DNA from: Gnetum montanum
Lineage: Eukaryota > Plantae > Gnetophyta
Direction: 5' to 3'
Assembly: GCA_015680685.1 (NCBI GenBank)
Contig: MNCI01002616.1
Location: 192,378 to 256,377, forward strand
Length of the DNA: 64,000 nt
Notes under the pieces: model-generated
The model's input: the letters and a program-made list of their open reading frames with translations, nothing else
Told to the model about the DNA's origin: nothing
Database searches by the model: none
Shown here: one piece after another, positions 62,243 through 64,000 of the stretch
How positions within the stretch are numbered: position 1 is the stretch's first letter
Layout: each line of letters begins with the position of its first letter
Program-made: the position numbers and the translations under genes

Positions 62243-62671
62243 TGTTAAGCTAAATAGTTTTGCAAATGGGAAGAAGCAAAGAAATTGGAAAGCTAAACAG
62301 TTTTGCAAATGGGAAAAAGCAAAGAAGTTGGGAAGCAATCAAAAAGGCTTTATGTCTCGCAGGGTTCCCAAGGAATTGTTGAAGCGACCGATCTATACCA
62401 CACGATGCTTAAAAAACTGCAAAAGGATGTCACGTTTACACTAGTGTGTGATAGGGTACAAAGCACGTGCAAGACTACCATAAGATAGGCAAGTTAGCTG
62501 GCGACTAGAGGCTTTATGTCCTATAGGGTTCTCGAGGAACTGTCGAGGCAACCGATCTACACTGCATGACGTGTAAACAACCACAGATGGGTGTCAAGTT
62601 TACGCTAATGGAAATCAGGGTGCAGAAGGCTTACAGGGCTACAATGACATGTAGAAAAAGGCACCAAAATG

Positions 62672-62688
62672 CCCTCCTTCGAATGCCA
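62672..62688 (-). promoter_or_regulatory. Degenerate PBS (tRNA-Asn), element F
   Basis: Plus-strand CCCTCCTTCGAATGCCA adjacent to the LTR. Confidence 0.7.
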
Positions 62689-62694
62689 GAAAAC

Positions 62695-64000
62695 TATAGC
62701 AACTAAAAATGTCAACAGCTGGAAAGCACCGAGAGGTCGTTGATCGTTGATAGTCTTAACCCTGTCTCCATGGGAGGGCCATTTTGGATAGAATGGAAAT
62801 GAGGTGCCTTGAATGGTCTAGTCGATTAGATAGGGACCTAGTCGATGTTAATATAAACTTTTGCAATGTGTGATTTGAAAATGAGGTTGATAGCACGAAG
62901 TAATTCTTGAATGTAAAAAAGGTAGAAAATAGTGTAAAATGTAATAATAAGTAGGAGACAAAGTAAAATGAACCACTTCGAAGCAACGACTTCACTCTAT
63001 TAAGATGGAAACAATCGGTTACACAACACTGAGAAGTGCAGAGGTCTTGAGAGTAACCAAGATGTGTAGAGCAAAATGGCTATGTGCTTGAACGCGGACT
63101 CAGGCGCTAACAATGAAAAGTGCTACCAAGGTGGTAGAAAAGAGCAGAACAAAATGCCAACTAAGAATGCTAACTATTTACAATGTTAAACAAAAATCTT
63201 ACAATGCCCAAGGTAACAATGCTAACTTTTTTTTTGCTTGTTAACCAAAAAAATTGGTAGCTGACCAAATTGCCAAAACCGAACTAGATTACCAAAAAAA
63301 AGAACAAGCTAACCCTTTGAGCATTTCTCATTGGGGTATTTATAGAACCGAGGGAATGCAAAAGATGCGGTTTGGATGCCACGTGCCCTGGGCTTACGTT
63401 GACCTATCTATGTTGTACGTGCCTGCATGATCGTTGGGTGAGTCTGCCATGCCGTAATTACAAGCCTGCCATGTTGTAATTACGTTGTCAGAGAAATGGT
63501 GTAATTAGGTGAAGTGCATTGATGTAGCATAACTTCTTTCCATGCTCTGCTATGCTTTGTAGCATAGCATGTTTAGCATGGCATAGCATCTTGTTACGCT
63601 ACACAGCGTAGCGTAGTGTAGCGTAGCCACCGATTAGAAAAAAGGATTTGCGTTGTGTCCTGCTACATGCATTGGAAGCCTTTGAAGTGCGTTGTTTGTT
63701 TATTGCACATTTTTTATGCTATGCTATGCTACGTAGCATAGCAGTTGTCCTTAGTCGCAAAAAATGTCACCAATCCTCAAACTTTGCCTTTTGCACTGCG
63801 CAGCTTGCGAACTTGCTGATCCAACCCTTTGAGATGCCTCCTGCCAACTTCGCAGAATTGCTATGCCTTGTTGTGCCATGTAGCTTAGCGAAGCAGCCAA
63901 CATGGCCTATTTCTAGCCAAGTTCGCTTCTTTCTGGAATGGGACATTGCTAAAGGACTTGAAGTTAGGCAAGGGGACTAATCGTCTAGCTTCTGGTACAC
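62695..64000 (-). repeat. 5' LTR of element F (truncated by the window)
   Basis: Direct repeat of 46044-47390; TATA on the minus strand at 63337-63344. Confidence 0.9.

Larger units (their letters stand above)
46044..64000 (-). mobile_element. Element F: near-complete Tat/Ogre-like element with an antisense accessory gene (5' LTR cut by the window edge)
   Basis: 3' LTR 46044-47750, PPT, pol, antisense gene, gag-pro, PBS, 5' LTR from 62695; collinear with D. Confidence 0.93.

Overview
The window is entirely plant-type repetitive DNA: six decayed, nested Ty3/gypsy LTR retrotransposons (labelled A-F) and no host genes. They are Tat/Ogre-like, with pol order RT-RH-aRH-INT, a tRNA-Asn PBS, ~1.6-1.8 kb TGAAACA...ACA LTRs and an AAAGAGGGGCCAR PPT. 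Nesting: E contains B and F; B contains A and C; C contains D. D (17077-35513, minus, 18.4 kb) is complete and F is nearly complete. C is a non-autonomous gag-protease-only element. The main observation is the ~6 kb region between protease and RT. In D and F it looks like a giant Ogre-type intron (conserved acceptor just before pol). In D, F and E it holds an antisense spliced gene (~8 exons and its own TATA-like box in D and F) encoding an FCP1/SCP (NIF, HAD-family) phosphatase-like domain with altered catalytic residues, a PMD/Transposase_32-like domain and a coiled coil. The predicted introns and the post-pol regions also carry sense-strand arrays of covarying small hairpins followed by TAAACTRGCA. 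Together this resembles a complex-retrovirus-like accessory gene plus RNA cis-element system. All ORFs are disrupted, mostly by C>T/G>A changes. Domain calls are by eye, with no database search, and the host species cannot be determined.
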